From the IMG/VR virus record IMGVR_UViG_3300025117_000061, positions 1 to 64,000 of that record: a stretch of 64,000 nucleotides of DNA, one strand, 5' to 3'. Below the pieces are notes generated by a model. The model had not been told where the DNA came from. It did not search any database and saw nothing but the letters and a program-made list of their open reading frames with translations. Each line of letters begins with the position of its first letter. Positions within the stretch are counted from its first letter, which is position 1. Shown piece after piece: positions 54,941-64,000 of this stretch. The DNA is from a virus. Position numbers and translations under genes: made by a program.

Positions 54941-56734
54941 ATGCCTCTCAGTCCTTTTCCTCAAGGGCTTTCGACCTTTGGTGTTCCCGTGCTCCCTGGG
55001 GCCGGTACTCCGCCCATTACCGGAGATGTTTTTTGGGTGGATAACGGAGATCCTATTGCGTCTGATACGCCGAGCAATGGAACATTCGAGCAACCCTTTG
55101 ATACGATCAACTATGCATCCACGAGATGCACCGCAAGCAATGGGGATCAGATCTTCGTCAAGGCCGGGCACGACGAAGCCGTGTCTGCCATCGCCGGCCT
55201 CAGTCTTGCCAAAGCCGGGGTTACGGTGTGGTTTTTGGGTGAAGGTGCAGACAAAGCCAAGGTAACATTTTCAGGCGTTGCCGGTGCCGACATGGATATT
55301 GATGCGGCCAGCATTACCCTGGTCAACCCGAAGTTTGTTGCGGCTCTCGATGCATTGACCGGACCCATCGACGTTAATGCCGCGGACTTCACCATCATCA
55401 ACGGTGAGTATCACGACGGAACCACCATCGATACCACGGACTGTATCGTTGTGACTTCGGCCGCCATCCGGCTCAAAATCCACGGATGGAAGTATTACAA
55501 GGGAAATGAGGCCGGGACTGCGAAGCAGAGCGGGATTCAGCTCAACGGCGTCGATGATGCTGAACTGTTCGACATCGACATCTTCGGTGCGTTCGACGAA
55601 GGCAATATCGAGTGTTTAACGGACGAGTGGCTGAACATGCGCATGAAGAATGTGACGCTCGTTAACACCGATACCGATCCCAGTCCATGTATCGTGGGCG
55701 ATGCAAATATGACCGGCGTTGCCGAGAACGTGAAGTGCCGTGTGGCCTCTGGAACGACCTACGTTTCCAACGTGGGCAAAATGTCTTGGGGTGCGGACTG
55801 CGAAGGGTTCAGCACGGACGGGTACGGTGGTGAGCCCATTGGTACGGCGGTGAGTACGGGTGTTGAAGGAAAACTCGATACAATTACCACGGCCATCGGT
55901 GTCATTGACGAATTCCACGACGTTCCGGCCGCCAATAACGTCCTGAATGCTCAAATCAATGAGGTGATCGGAAATAAGACAGATACAGCGACAACCGGAG
56001 CCGTATCGGCTACCGCTACTTTGGTGGCATATATCAAACAGCTTGTCACCGAGGGTATCGCGCGCGATGCGGCCATCACCACCATTGATAATTTTCTGGA
56101 TACCGAAGTGGCGGCGATTCTTGCCGATACCGATACTATCTCTGGGATTACTCTTCCCTCTAACCCGGTGGCCAATTCTCTCGCCGCGTTCATCGCTTCT
56201 GGTGGAACGGCCCTCGGGACCGAATTGGCTGACAGTAAGTCCATCGTGGATGCTATTGGATTCGATGGATCTGCATTCGTTGCCGGCGGGCTTGGCATGT
56301 ATCTTCCTCGCTGTGTCGAAAAATCAGACGGAGCCGTACTCACTGGAAACGACAATCTCTTTACTATCACTGGCGGCCCTGTCCGAGCAAAGATTGTTGG
56401 ATATGTCTCCGTCGAGATTGGCGGGGCATCGAACGGGGATCTGCAGATCGTAACGACCGCCCCGGCTGCCACCGCTGACCTGAATGCGGCTCCGGTCGCC
56501 ATTACAAGCGATGCTGTCGGGACCGCCTATCACAATGTTGGTGCGACCAGTGTTTTTACCCCGACAACTGCTGGCGCCGTTATCCTTGATCCCGTGACCG
56601 AGGAGGAGGTTGAATTTATTCTTCCTCCCGGGACCGTTCATTTTCGGAGCTCTGGTGCTCAGACTGGAACGATCAAATGGTACATGACCTACACGCCGCT
56701 TTCTCCCCTTAGCGTTGTGACGGCTGCCGCCTAG
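54941..56734 (+). CDS. virion fibre/decoration protein with beta-helix-like region
   Basis: FWVD...GTFEQPFDTINYA...GDQIFVKAGH N-terminus. Confidence 0.65.
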   Translation: MPLSPFPQGLSTFGVPVLPGAGTPPITGDVFWVDNGDPIASDTPSNGTFEQPFDTINYASTRCTASNGDQIFVKAGHDEAVSAIAGLSLAKAGVTVWFLGEGADKAKVTFSGVAGADMDIDAASITLVNPKFVAALDALTGPIDVNAADFTIINGEYHDGTTIDTTDCIVVTSAAIRLKIHGWKYYKGNEAGTAKQSGIQLNGVDDAELFDIDIFGAFDEGNIECLTDEWLNMRMKNVTLVNTDTDPSPCIVGDANMTGVAENVKCRVASGTTYVSNVGKMSWGADCEGFSTDGYGGEPIGTAVSTGVEGKLDTITTAIGVIDEFHDVPAANNVLNAQINEVIGNKTDTATTGAVSATATLVAYIKQLVTEGIARDAAITTIDNFLDTEVAAILADTDTISGITLPSNPVANSLAAFIASGGTALGTELADSKSIVDAIGFDGSAFVAGGLGMYLPRCVEKSDGAVLTGNDNLFTITGGPVRAKIVGYVSVEIGGASNGDLQIVTTAPAATADLNAAPVAITSDAVGTAYHNVGATSVFTPTTAGAVILDPVTEEEVEFILPPGTVHFRSSGAQTGTIKWYMTYTPLSPLSVVTAAA

Positions 56735-56758
56735 TAAGAGTCTCCAACAAGGCAACGA

Positions 56759-56776
56759 ACGGCCCTTCGGGGCCGT
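56759..56776 (+). terminator. UUCG hairpin after capsid cluster
   Basis: ACGGCCC-TTCG-GGGCCGT; no T-tract. Confidence 0.4.
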
Positions 56777-56798
56777 AACCCCAACCAAAAGGAATCCA

Positions 56799-57617
56799 AT
56801 GGAAACGACCACGACCACAACAATAATCGACAAAACGGCCGGCGCCGATCAGATCAGCTTTTTTGGCGCGGTTGACCGCAAGAACGGGCACAAAGACGGT
56901 GCGATCATGTCGTCATATCCCGCATGGTTTTTCAATCGTCACATTGACGACCTCAAGGAATCCATTGCATCGGACGAACGGATGATGGAGCGGGGGCAAG
57001 TCCCGGTCGAGGCACAGCCGACCCACATTGCCGATATCAAGCAGAGAAAAGAGCGGCTCGATCAGATCTTGGAGTCTCAACCCGGCCTCAATGTGGGTCA
57101 AAGAATGCATCTCGAGCGCGTGCATCGTGAGCTCGAAAGCCGCATAGTGGATGCCAGGTTTACCTATGACGAGATGAGATATGGCTCGGCGTCGCCTCAT
57201 GACGAGATGATGCGCCAAAAGATGCCATGCATCAAGATGGAGCCGGACATCATCCAGTCCCTCAATCTCAGGGCCAATGCCGATAGTCTGGTTTCCCGAG
57301 ACGAAGCCGAGAAGGCATGGAAAATCATAGGGCGGCGCCTGGGCCGGCAGAGCAACACGGGAGTTCTCGAACAGAGGAAGGCCACATGCAGGACCGAAAA
57401 GGTTTCAGCCTTCACGGGAGATCCGGAGAACCCCATGGCTGCACTCTCGGCCATGATCGCCGTCATGGTGAAGGATCAAATCGCCGAAGTTTCTGCGGCG
57501 GGAGCGGGCAACCCGGCACCGGGGGGAGTAGAGCGAACTTTCGAAACCTTCGCAACCGTACTGGAAAGAAACCAGGGTCAGGAGTCCAAGCGTGGACGGA
57601 AAGCTCTTAATACGTGA
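56799..57617 (+). CDS. hypothetical morphogenesis-region protein
   Basis: SD; long ORF in structural operon. Confidence 0.65.
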   Translation: METTTTTTIIDKTAGADQISFFGAVDRKNGHKDGAIMSSYPAWFFNRHIDDLKESIASDERMMERGQVPVEAQPTHIADIKQRKERLDQILESQPGLNVGQRMHLERVHRELESRIVDARFTYDEMRYGSASPHDEMMRQKMPCIKMEPDIIQSLNLRANADSLVSRDEAEKAWKIIGRRLGRQSNTGVLEQRKATCRTEKVSAFTGDPENPMAALSAMIAVMVKDQIAEVSAAGAGNPAPGGVERTFETFATVLERNQGQESKRGRKALNT

Positions 57618-58509
57618 GTTGAAAGACCTTCTGAACGAATCTTCCAATTCGGGATGGTTCAGTGAATTCACGGCCTATCAATATCTCTACCAGGCGGCGG
57701 TTGAGTTCACCATGCGCACGAAATGCCTTCGATCCACGCAGGCCATTACCACGGAGGCCAGCCAAAGTGACTATACCTTGAATGCCGACTTCCTGGACTT
57801 CTTTATGCGGGAGGACGACAACCGAAGGTTCATTAAACTGAACGATGGAAGCACGGACTATTTTATCCCGTTCAGGGATTACGAGGATGTGTTTTACGGG
57901 AACAACACCACGGCACAGCCCGTTCCTGATTACTTCACCATAACGGACGTGCCTTCTCTCTCGGCCCGCATTACCGGGACGGCCTCTCTTGCAGGAGCGA
58001 CATCAGGAGGGGAATGCACATTGACGGATACCAGCTCGAGCACGAAGTTCGCTAATGTGTCAGCCGGGGACATCGTTCACAACACCACGGACGGGTCGGA
58101 TGGGATTGTCCTTTCCAAGACCAGCGACACGGCCTTGGTGGCAGCCCTCTTCGAGGGAACCGCGAATGATTGGACGCTCGGAGATTCGTATGTGATCCAG
58201 CCCCAGGGCAGGTACAAGATCGTGGTCGATCCTCCAACGTCCGCGGCCGGATACACAATCACGGTTCCCTACGTGACCCGGCCAGCTCCCGTCTTCTCGG
58301 ATTATGGGATGTATAAATTCCCATCCCAGTATTCGTCAGCCCTCGTGAAGTACGCCTTCTGGCTCTACAAGTATCGAGATGGAGAGCCTTCGTTCGGGGA
58401 TGCCATGTACGTGTTCTTTGACAATCAGTGCAGACTTTTCGGATCGAGTGTTACGAAGAGCCTGCGGGAGAAGCGTCAAATCTCGGTCAATTTCAGGGCA
58501 AGACGTTAA
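57592..58509 (+). CDS. head-tail adaptor / tail tubular protein A-like
   Basis: Helical termini, central beta insert, ALVKYA..LYK; position. Confidence 0.65.
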   Translation: MDGKLLIRELKDLLNESSNSGWFSEFTAYQYLYQAAVEFTMRTKCLRSTQAITTEASQSDYTLNADFLDFFMREDDNRRFIKLNDGSTDYFIPFRDYEDVFYGNNTTAQPVPDYFTITDVPSLSARITGTASLAGATSGGECTLTDTSSSTKFANVSAGDIVHNTTDGSDGIVLSKTSDTALVAALFEGTANDWTLGDSYVIQPQGRYKIVVDPPTSAAGYTITVPYVTRPAPVFSDYGMYKFPSQYSSALVKYAFWLYKYRDGEPSFGDAMYVFFDNQCRLFGSSVTKSLREKRQISVNFRARR

Positions 58510-61500
58510 TGGCTGAAAACCGGCTCACGAAGGAAATAGCTCTTCAAGGGAAATTGATCACGGCCCTTGACGGGACATTAGTCGGGACTAACTATGTTGC
58601 ACTCAAAAACTTGAGGTACACGGACGCCGGGCTAAAGGGGATTGCTGGTTGCACCAAGATCAACACCACGGCGTTGTCGTCTCATCCTCTTATTGACAAC
58701 GCTTTTCACTTCACGAAGTCGCGCCCGGAAGAGAGTCATCTTTTGGTCCAGGCGTTCAACACAGCGGAGACGCAGAGCAAGATCTTCACAAACGATACGG
58801 CCATTCCCGGTCAAGGCGATTTCAATGCGGTAGCATTGCACACGGATTCCGCGGACGCATCTCGGGGGTATTTCTCCAAGGCTCCCAACGGGAACATGGC
58901 GTATTGCAATTCGGCGGAATCGTGTATTTGGGGTGGAGACGAGCTAAAAATAGGGGCGTTTGTAAATTACGATCCGAATGGTACGTTCAAATACGACTAC
59001 ACCGATGCCCTTCGGAACAATTTGACCGATTCAGACAACATTGCCACCCTGCATACCATCGAGGGTGGGATCGACGTTTACACGCTCCTTCTCCTTTCCC
59101 TGAACAGCAACGTTACCGATACGAGCCCAACCACGCCCCACACGGTCACGGATAACAACGTGACATGGGATACGACCAATAAGAAGTTTGGGACGGCTTC
59201 GGCGGCATTCGGAGGGGTCAATTCATATTTGACCATTCCCGACAACGCCGACTTCAACTGGACAGCCGGAACATTTACCTATGATAAATGGATCAGGACG
59301 ACAAGCCTTGCCGCTGTCCAATGTCTCTATTGCCATTACACAGACGCCAACAACTGGTTCTCAATCGAGGTTACGACCACGGGGGCGGTGCGCATCAGGG
59401 TTGACGTGGCTGGAGTCGTCAGCACGATAGCTACCAGCGGAGCGGGGAAGATTGCGACGAATACATGGTATCACGTCGAAATCTCTGAAAGTGGGGATGC
59501 GTGGCGCATCTTCGTGAACGGAGACATGCTTGCAAGTGTCTCTTCGGCACTTCGGGCCGCAAACTACACCGGAGTCGTTCAAATCGGAAGATTTTACGAC
59601 GGAGCAACCGACCAATACTATTTCACCGGAAACATGGACGAGATTCGGCTGAGCAGCGTGGCTCGCCATACAAGGAACTTCAATCCTTCGAATCGTCCCT
59701 ACAACAACAGCACGAACGAGGCTTATTGCTACGTTGGCTCCACCAGACCCATACAGTCGCTACGAGCATACATTCAAACCGCCAATGCGGTGAATGGAAC
59801 GGTGTACGTTGATTACTGGAATGGATCTACGTGGACGGCGGTCGGAACCCTTGTTGACGGAACCAATGGATTGACCGAAACGGGGAGGATACTCTTCGAT
59901 TCCACGGAAACCCAGGCCAAACTCAGCATAATCGACATGGTTTCTCTGTACTGGTACAGGCTTTATATTTCGAATTCCACCAGCACGGCCCTGTACTATC
60001 TCACTGTTGATGCCCCCTTCCAAACCATCAAGGACGTATGGGATGGAATCGAAAGGACAATAGCCTCGTGCCAGAAGAGCGAATCCGACAAATACGCCGA
60101 TTACACCCTGAATGTTTTTGACACGACCTATGAGCCATCCACCACCACGACGTACTTGGATGTCGGGAGTATGGCCACGACGGATCATTTCGTGGTGGGG
60201 TTTCCGGACAGAATGATGGGGCTGCACATCTACATGCCGGGAGACATGACCAATGCGCAGGCCAACACCATTTGCACGGTATCCTACTGGAATGGAACGG
60301 CGTGGACGAGCGTAGGAAGGTTGAGTGATGCGACGAGTCATGAAGCCATTTCTCTTTCACGGTCGGGAGTCATTTCGTGGAATGCGCCGGCCAAATCTCT
60401 TGAGTTCACACATATCATGGACGATCCGTCCCTGGCCGGGACATCTCCTGACCCGACATCCACGACACCCCCGGTTCTAAACCAGACGGATGTAACGTAT
60501 TTTGGGCAGGTCCCCCTATACTTTTACAAGGTGTCCTTTGACCAGACAATCGATGCTGATACGAGAATTTACAACATAACCGGCATCCCGGCTCAAACGG
60601 AAATCGCACCTTACAAATTTCCGCTGTATGCTCTCGGCCGCTTGTTTCTTTGCAATCGGGTAGGCAGTAAGCCAAATGCCGCGATCTACTCGGCAACGGA
60701 AAGTGCCGAAGTTTTCAATGGAGATGATTCAGGCGAGCTGTATTTTGGAGACGAATCCAGCCTCATGGGAGGATCTTGGCTTTACAGCCAATTCGGGTCC
60801 AGCCTTTACAACGTGGTGGTGTTCTTCAAGGCAAATGAAACATGGGTCATTGCCGGTAACTCTCCGGAGGATTGGGCCACGTATCAGGTATCGGCCTCCA
60901 TCGGTTGTCCGTCTCCCAAGACGATTGTGACCACCAACGCACCCATTGAGCTCTATGCACAGTCGAATCGAACCATCACTATCTTCCAGGGATCGGCAGG
61001 CATTTACATCTTCGATGGTAAAGGGTTCGTTCCGATTCACACCGATATCGAGGATTGTTTCGATCAGAGATATTCCAACTCTATCAACCTGAGCGAGATA
61101 CGAGAATCGGAAGCATTCTACGATCAAACCAAGGATGAATATCATTGGTGCTTTGCGTCAGGGACAAGCGCCACATGCGACCGAGAAATGGTTTACGACC
61201 TCAAGCGCAAACGATGGTACGAGATTGACCGAGGAACAGGGAAATATCTTCAGACCGGGCTCCGCGTGAGATCGATCAAGGGAGCCGTCCACAACTACGG
61301 CATGATCGACAGTGGATACGTTGTTCGGCTGGACAACGGGACCGATTTTGATGGAAACGACATCGTTCATGTGGTTGAGACCGGAGATATTGCACTCCAC
61401 GAAGGAAGCATTTGGGTCGTTACCAAAGTCAGGAATTTTATGTTTCATTGCGTGGCCAAGACCGTTACGACCAATACCGTGGCTTTGACTCACTACGGAG

Positions 61501-61706
61501 ACACTTCGGCCACCGGAACCGCTTATACCCTTTCTCCGTCTCATGCCGGCTACCGGATTGCTTCCCCAAAGCTGAGCGAGAAGGACATGGGGGATTACGT
61601 GTATCACCGATTCAAACTGTCCATGACGACGGACAATGAAGCCGTGGGGTTTGAGCCACTGTTTCTTGGAATCAAGTATTTGATAGTCCGGGAAGATACG
61701 AAATAG
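58509..61706 (+). CDS. tail nozzle/stabilisation protein with LamG (ConA-like) insert
   Basis: KKFGTASAAF...FTYDKW...WYHV...FVNG...GNMDEIRLS; C-terminal SIGCPSP, YDLKRKRW. Confidence 0.7.
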   Translation: MAENRLTKEIALQGKLITALDGTLVGTNYVALKNLRYTDAGLKGIAGCTKINTTALSSHPLIDNAFHFTKSRPEESHLLVQAFNTAETQSKIFTNDTAIPGQGDFNAVALHTDSADASRGYFSKAPNGNMAYCNSAESCIWGGDELKIGAFVNYDPNGTFKYDYTDALRNNLTDSDNIATLHTIEGGIDVYTLLLLSLNSNVTDTSPTTPHTVTDNNVTWDTTNKKFGTASAAFGGVNSYLTIPDNADFNWTAGTFTYDKWIRTTSLAAVQCLYCHYTDANNWFSIEVTTTGAVRIRVDVAGVVSTIATSGAGKIATNTWYHVEISESGDAWRIFVNGDMLASVSSALRAANYTGVVQIGRFYDGATDQYYFTGNMDEIRLSSVARHTRNFNPSNRPYNNSTNEAYCYVGSTRPIQSLRAYIQTANAVNGTVYVDYWNGSTWTAVGTLVDGTNGLTETGRILFDSTETQAKLSIIDMVSLYWYRLYISNSTSTALYYLTVDAPFQTIKDVWDGIERTIASCQKSESDKYADYTLNVFDTTYEPSTTTTYLDVGSMATTDHFVVGFPDRMMGLHIYMPGDMTNAQANTICTVSYWNGTAWTSVGRLSDATSHEAISLSRSGVISWNAPAKSLEFTHIMDDPSLAGTSPDPTSTTPPVLNQTDVTYFGQVPLYFYKVSFDQTIDADTRIYNITGIPAQTEIAPYKFPLYALGRLFLCNRVGSKPNAAIYSATESAEVFNGDDSGELYFGDESSLMGGSWLYSQFGSSLYNVVVFFKANETWVIAGNSPEDWATYQVSASIGCPSPKTIVTTNAPIELYAQSNRTITIFQGSAGIYIFDGKGFVPIHTDIEDCFDQRYSNSINLSEIRESEAFYDQTKDEYHWCFASGTSATCDREMVYDLKRKRWYEIDRGTGKYLQTGLRVRSIKGAVHNYGMIDSGYVVRLDNGTDFDGNDIVHVVETGDIALHEGSIWVVTKVRNFMFHCVAKTVTTNTVALTHYGDTSATGTAYTLSPSHAGYRIASPKLSEKDMGDYVYHRFKLSMTTDNEAVGFEPLFLGIKYLIVREDTK

Positions 61707-61718
61707 AAGGAGCATGAA

Positions 61719-62516
61719 ATGCCTGATGCTGGAGCTTCTGGAGGTGCCGAGGGCGCCGGGGGCGGACTCGGAGACGGAACCGCTGGAATGGGTGATTCTG
61801 GATATGGCGGCGGTGGAGATGTTGGCGGCGGCGGTTACGGAGACGGTGGTGGCTATGGCGGCGGCGGGCTTGGTGCGGGTGATGTTGCTGGAACCGGTTT
61901 GGGAGCCATGGATGTTGGGGCTCAGTCTGCCGGCGCACCCGGAGCTGGTGCAAGTGGGGCACAGGGGATTGGTGCCTCTACTGGAGCTGGGGAGGAATTT
62001 TCGATTTCTCAATATGCAAAAGGTTTTTTTTCAAAAGCCAAAACAATGATGGGATACGTTACCAACCCGATAGGAAGCCTTATGGGCCCGACGCAGATAG
62101 GAATAGCGCCCAACACTCCACCTTCAAAAATGGACGCGGCTATTGGGATGAGAGACAAGCAACTAGGCTGGGGAGGTGCCGCAAAAACCGTTGGGGCCGC
62201 TATTGGCAGTGTGATGGGTCCCGCCGGAACTGCATTGGGGGGGAGGGTGGCTGAACTTGGCGGCATGACGGCTGCAAGTCTAACCGATTTGGATGCAGCT
62301 TCCCTGACCACCGGTCCACTCGGGACCCACGATCCCGCCGCCGTGGCAAACTTCAATAGCATGATGGCCGACTCTCAACCCGGGGGTGGCGGATCAGAAG
62401 GCACGATATTGGATGAAATGAGGAAGAAAAGCGGGCTCCCGGCGATATCTCCAGCGACATATCAGCGGCCGGCCATAATGTCGCCACAGGCAAGAGCGGT
62501 GTATCAGAACCGATAA
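61719..62516 (+). CDS. Gly-rich internal virion/ejection protein
   Basis: SD; Gly-zipper segments; position after nozzle. Confidence 0.55.
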   Translation: MPDAGASGGAEGAGGGLGDGTAGMGDSGYGGGGDVGGGGYGDGGGYGGGGLGAGDVAGTGLGAMDVGAQSAGAPGAGASGAQGIGASTGAGEEFSISQYAKGFFSKAKTMMGYVTNPIGSLMGPTQIGIAPNTPPSKMDAAIGMRDKQLGWGGAAKTVGAAIGSVMGPAGTALGGRVAELGGMTAASLTDLDAASLTTGPLGTHDPAAVANFNSMMADSQPGGGGSEGTILDEMRKKSGLPAISPATYQRPAIMSPQARAVYQNR

Positions 62517-62531
62517 AAAGGAGGCCTTGAT

Positions 62532-63260
62532 ATGGCTGAAGGATATCAGCAAACCCTTTCTCCGCAAGTCCTGTCACAGATCAACGCACATTTGCGTCAG
62601 GTCAAGGCTTCCGGCCGTCCCGTTACAGACGCCGATATTCGAGCGGCTTATGCCGCGGCCTTGGACGTCGAGGCCGGGCGAGCTTTGCAGAATCGCGGCC
62701 AGGCTATTCAACAGGAGCAGTGGAAGAAAACGTATGAGCTTCAAAAGAAAGCCCTGGCCGATCAAAAAGACGCAGCCACGATGACGGGTGTCGCCACCAT
62801 AGGCAGTGCCTTGTGGCAGATGGGCGGCAAGGAAGCGATCATGGGAGGAATAAACAAGCTTCGAGGGACCCCGGCCGTTGGAACAGGAGGGGCTCAAACT
62901 CAAGTTCCAACGGGAGTTGGAGGGGTTGTGGCTCCGCAGAATCCGGTTTCGGCCTTAGCCCCGACATCTACCCCTTCTATGCTTCAAGATGCCGGACCAT
63001 CCAACATTCAGCCCGCAGGCTCCCCCGCCGTGGGCGCTGGGGCACCCGGCGGGGGAGCCATGGAATTCGCCAAGGATTGGGTTCTACCGGGAGTAGTCGG
63101 CTCGGGAATAGGATACGGAGTCAAATCCCTTACCGGGTCCACGGCGGCGGGAGTAGCGGTCGGGGCCGGCATTGGTGCCATTGGTGGGTATGCAATGGAG
63201 GGTGATGTTGTTGGCGGGCTCGTCGGAGGACTTCTCGGCGGCGTGGGCGGCTTCTTTTAG
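62532..63260 (+). CDS. ejection (DNA transfer) protein-like
   Basis: Coiled coil plus C-terminal glycine zipper. Confidence 0.6.
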   Translation: MAEGYQQTLSPQVLSQINAHLRQVKASGRPVTDADIRAAYAAALDVEAGRALQNRGQAIQQEQWKKTYELQKKALADQKDAATMTGVATIGSALWQMGGKEAIMGGINKLRGTPAVGTGGAQTQVPTGVGGVVAPQNPVSALAPTSTPSMLQDAGPSNIQPAGSPAVGAGAPGGGAMEFAKDWVLPGVVGSGIGYGVKSLTGSTAAGVAVGAGIGAIGGYAMEGDVVGGLVGGLLGGVGGFF

Positions 63261-63272
63261 GGAGGTACGATC

Positions 63273-64000
63273 ATGGGATTTCTTGATGCGGTAGGTCGGG
63301 CCTCCCCGGCGATCATGAGCAACATCGGCCAAATGAAGCAGATGGCCATTCAGGACGAGCAGGAGAAGCGTGAGGCCGTAAAGTTTCAGTATCTTCAAAA
63401 GAAGATGGCCGACGAAGAAGCGGAAGAAAGCAAGCCCATTCCCTTGGCTCTTTTGCAAACCACCCCACTTGCTCAACATCCGAGGGCATTCAACCTCCTC
63501 CTGGAAAATGCGCGACAAAATGGCTCCATTCAGAAGACGATAGGCGGGGAAGAGTTCATTACCAAGAAAAACATGAAAGGCGTGCTTGACACCATGAAGC
63601 TCGGGACCGAAGCCGGAAACGCCTGGATTGGTGAGTTGGTGAACGATAAGAAGGCACAGGTTGCCAATCTTTACCAGACCATGCAGAGCGGTAAGGTAAA
63701 GAAGCCGGAAGAGTTGGAGCAACTCAAGAAACAGTATTCGGCGGCCACGGAGGACCTGATAGAGCTCACCCGCATCAGCGACCCCGATTTTATCAAGGAG
63801 TACGTGAAGACTCAGGAACAGATGAAACGGGTTGCATACGAGCAGCAGACGAAGCCGCCTCATGTTGAATCCTTCATCCAAGGAGATGAACAGGTCCAGG
63901 GTCAATGGAATCCAACGACGAGGCAATGGGAACAGGTTGGGAAGGGGCCTCGTAGAATTGAATCAGATACCGAGATATCCCTGACAAACAAAGCACTCCA
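63273..64000 (+). CDS. internal virion protein (partial, runs off window)
   Basis: GGAGG SD, MGFLDAVGRASPAIM..., helical, no stop seen. Confidence 0.6.
   Translation, partial: MGFLDAVGRASPAIMSNIGQMKQMAIQDEQEKREAVKFQYLQKKMADEEAEESKPIPLALLQTTPLAQHPRAFNLLLENARQNGSIQKTIGGEEFITKKNMKGVLDTMKLGTEAGNAWIGELVNDKKAQVANLYQTMQSGKVKKPEELEQLKKQYSAATEDLIELTRISDPDFIKEYVKTQEQMKRVAYEQQTKPPHVESFIQGDEQVQGQWNPTTRQWEQVGKGPRRIESDTEISLTNKAL

Noticed and set aside
61158-63926. Long antisense and alternate-frame ORFs over Gly-rich virion genes
   Set aside because: Explained as shadows of GGN-rich codons; no SD or motifs.
1-64000. Integrase, reverse transcriptase/DGR, intein, group I intron or stop-codon recoding
   Set aside because: No such catalytic motifs, TR/VR pair or split core genes seen; major genes read intact in the standard code.

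Overview
This window is most of a large dsDNA tailed-phage genome with short-tailed (P22/podovirus-like) morphogenesis genes; no host housekeeping genes are visible. Layout: (1) end of a probable tail-fibre gene, a small leftward cluster and a Cro-like HTH with a divergent promoter (1-2 kb). (2) A long rightward accessory/recombination/replication arm (2-27.9 kb) with HNH nucleases, a C5 DNA methyltransferase carrying a 455-codon overlapping frame, YqaJ exonuclease plus partner, DUF5131, a Prim-Pol/helicase fusion with embedded iterons, SSB, HU-like protein and a resolvase-like nuclease. (3) A leftward block of small, probably early genes with a repeated intergenic design (27.9-34.3 kb). (4) A probable small terminase followed by a dif-like XerCD site (34.5-35.2 kb), more accessory genes, a SPOUT methyltransferase and a sigma-70-like gene. 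(5) Membrane/lysis-type genes, large terminase, portal, scaffold, capsid, adaptor, tail nozzle with a LamG insert and ejection-type proteins running off the end. The most notable signals are the dual-frame methyltransferase with six tandem TRD-like repeats, the dif-like site beside terS with no integrase in view, attC/integron-cassette-like scars, phased inverted iterons inside the primase-helicase gene and several structured cis-RNA leaders. All calls are by-eye motif recognition; no searches were run.
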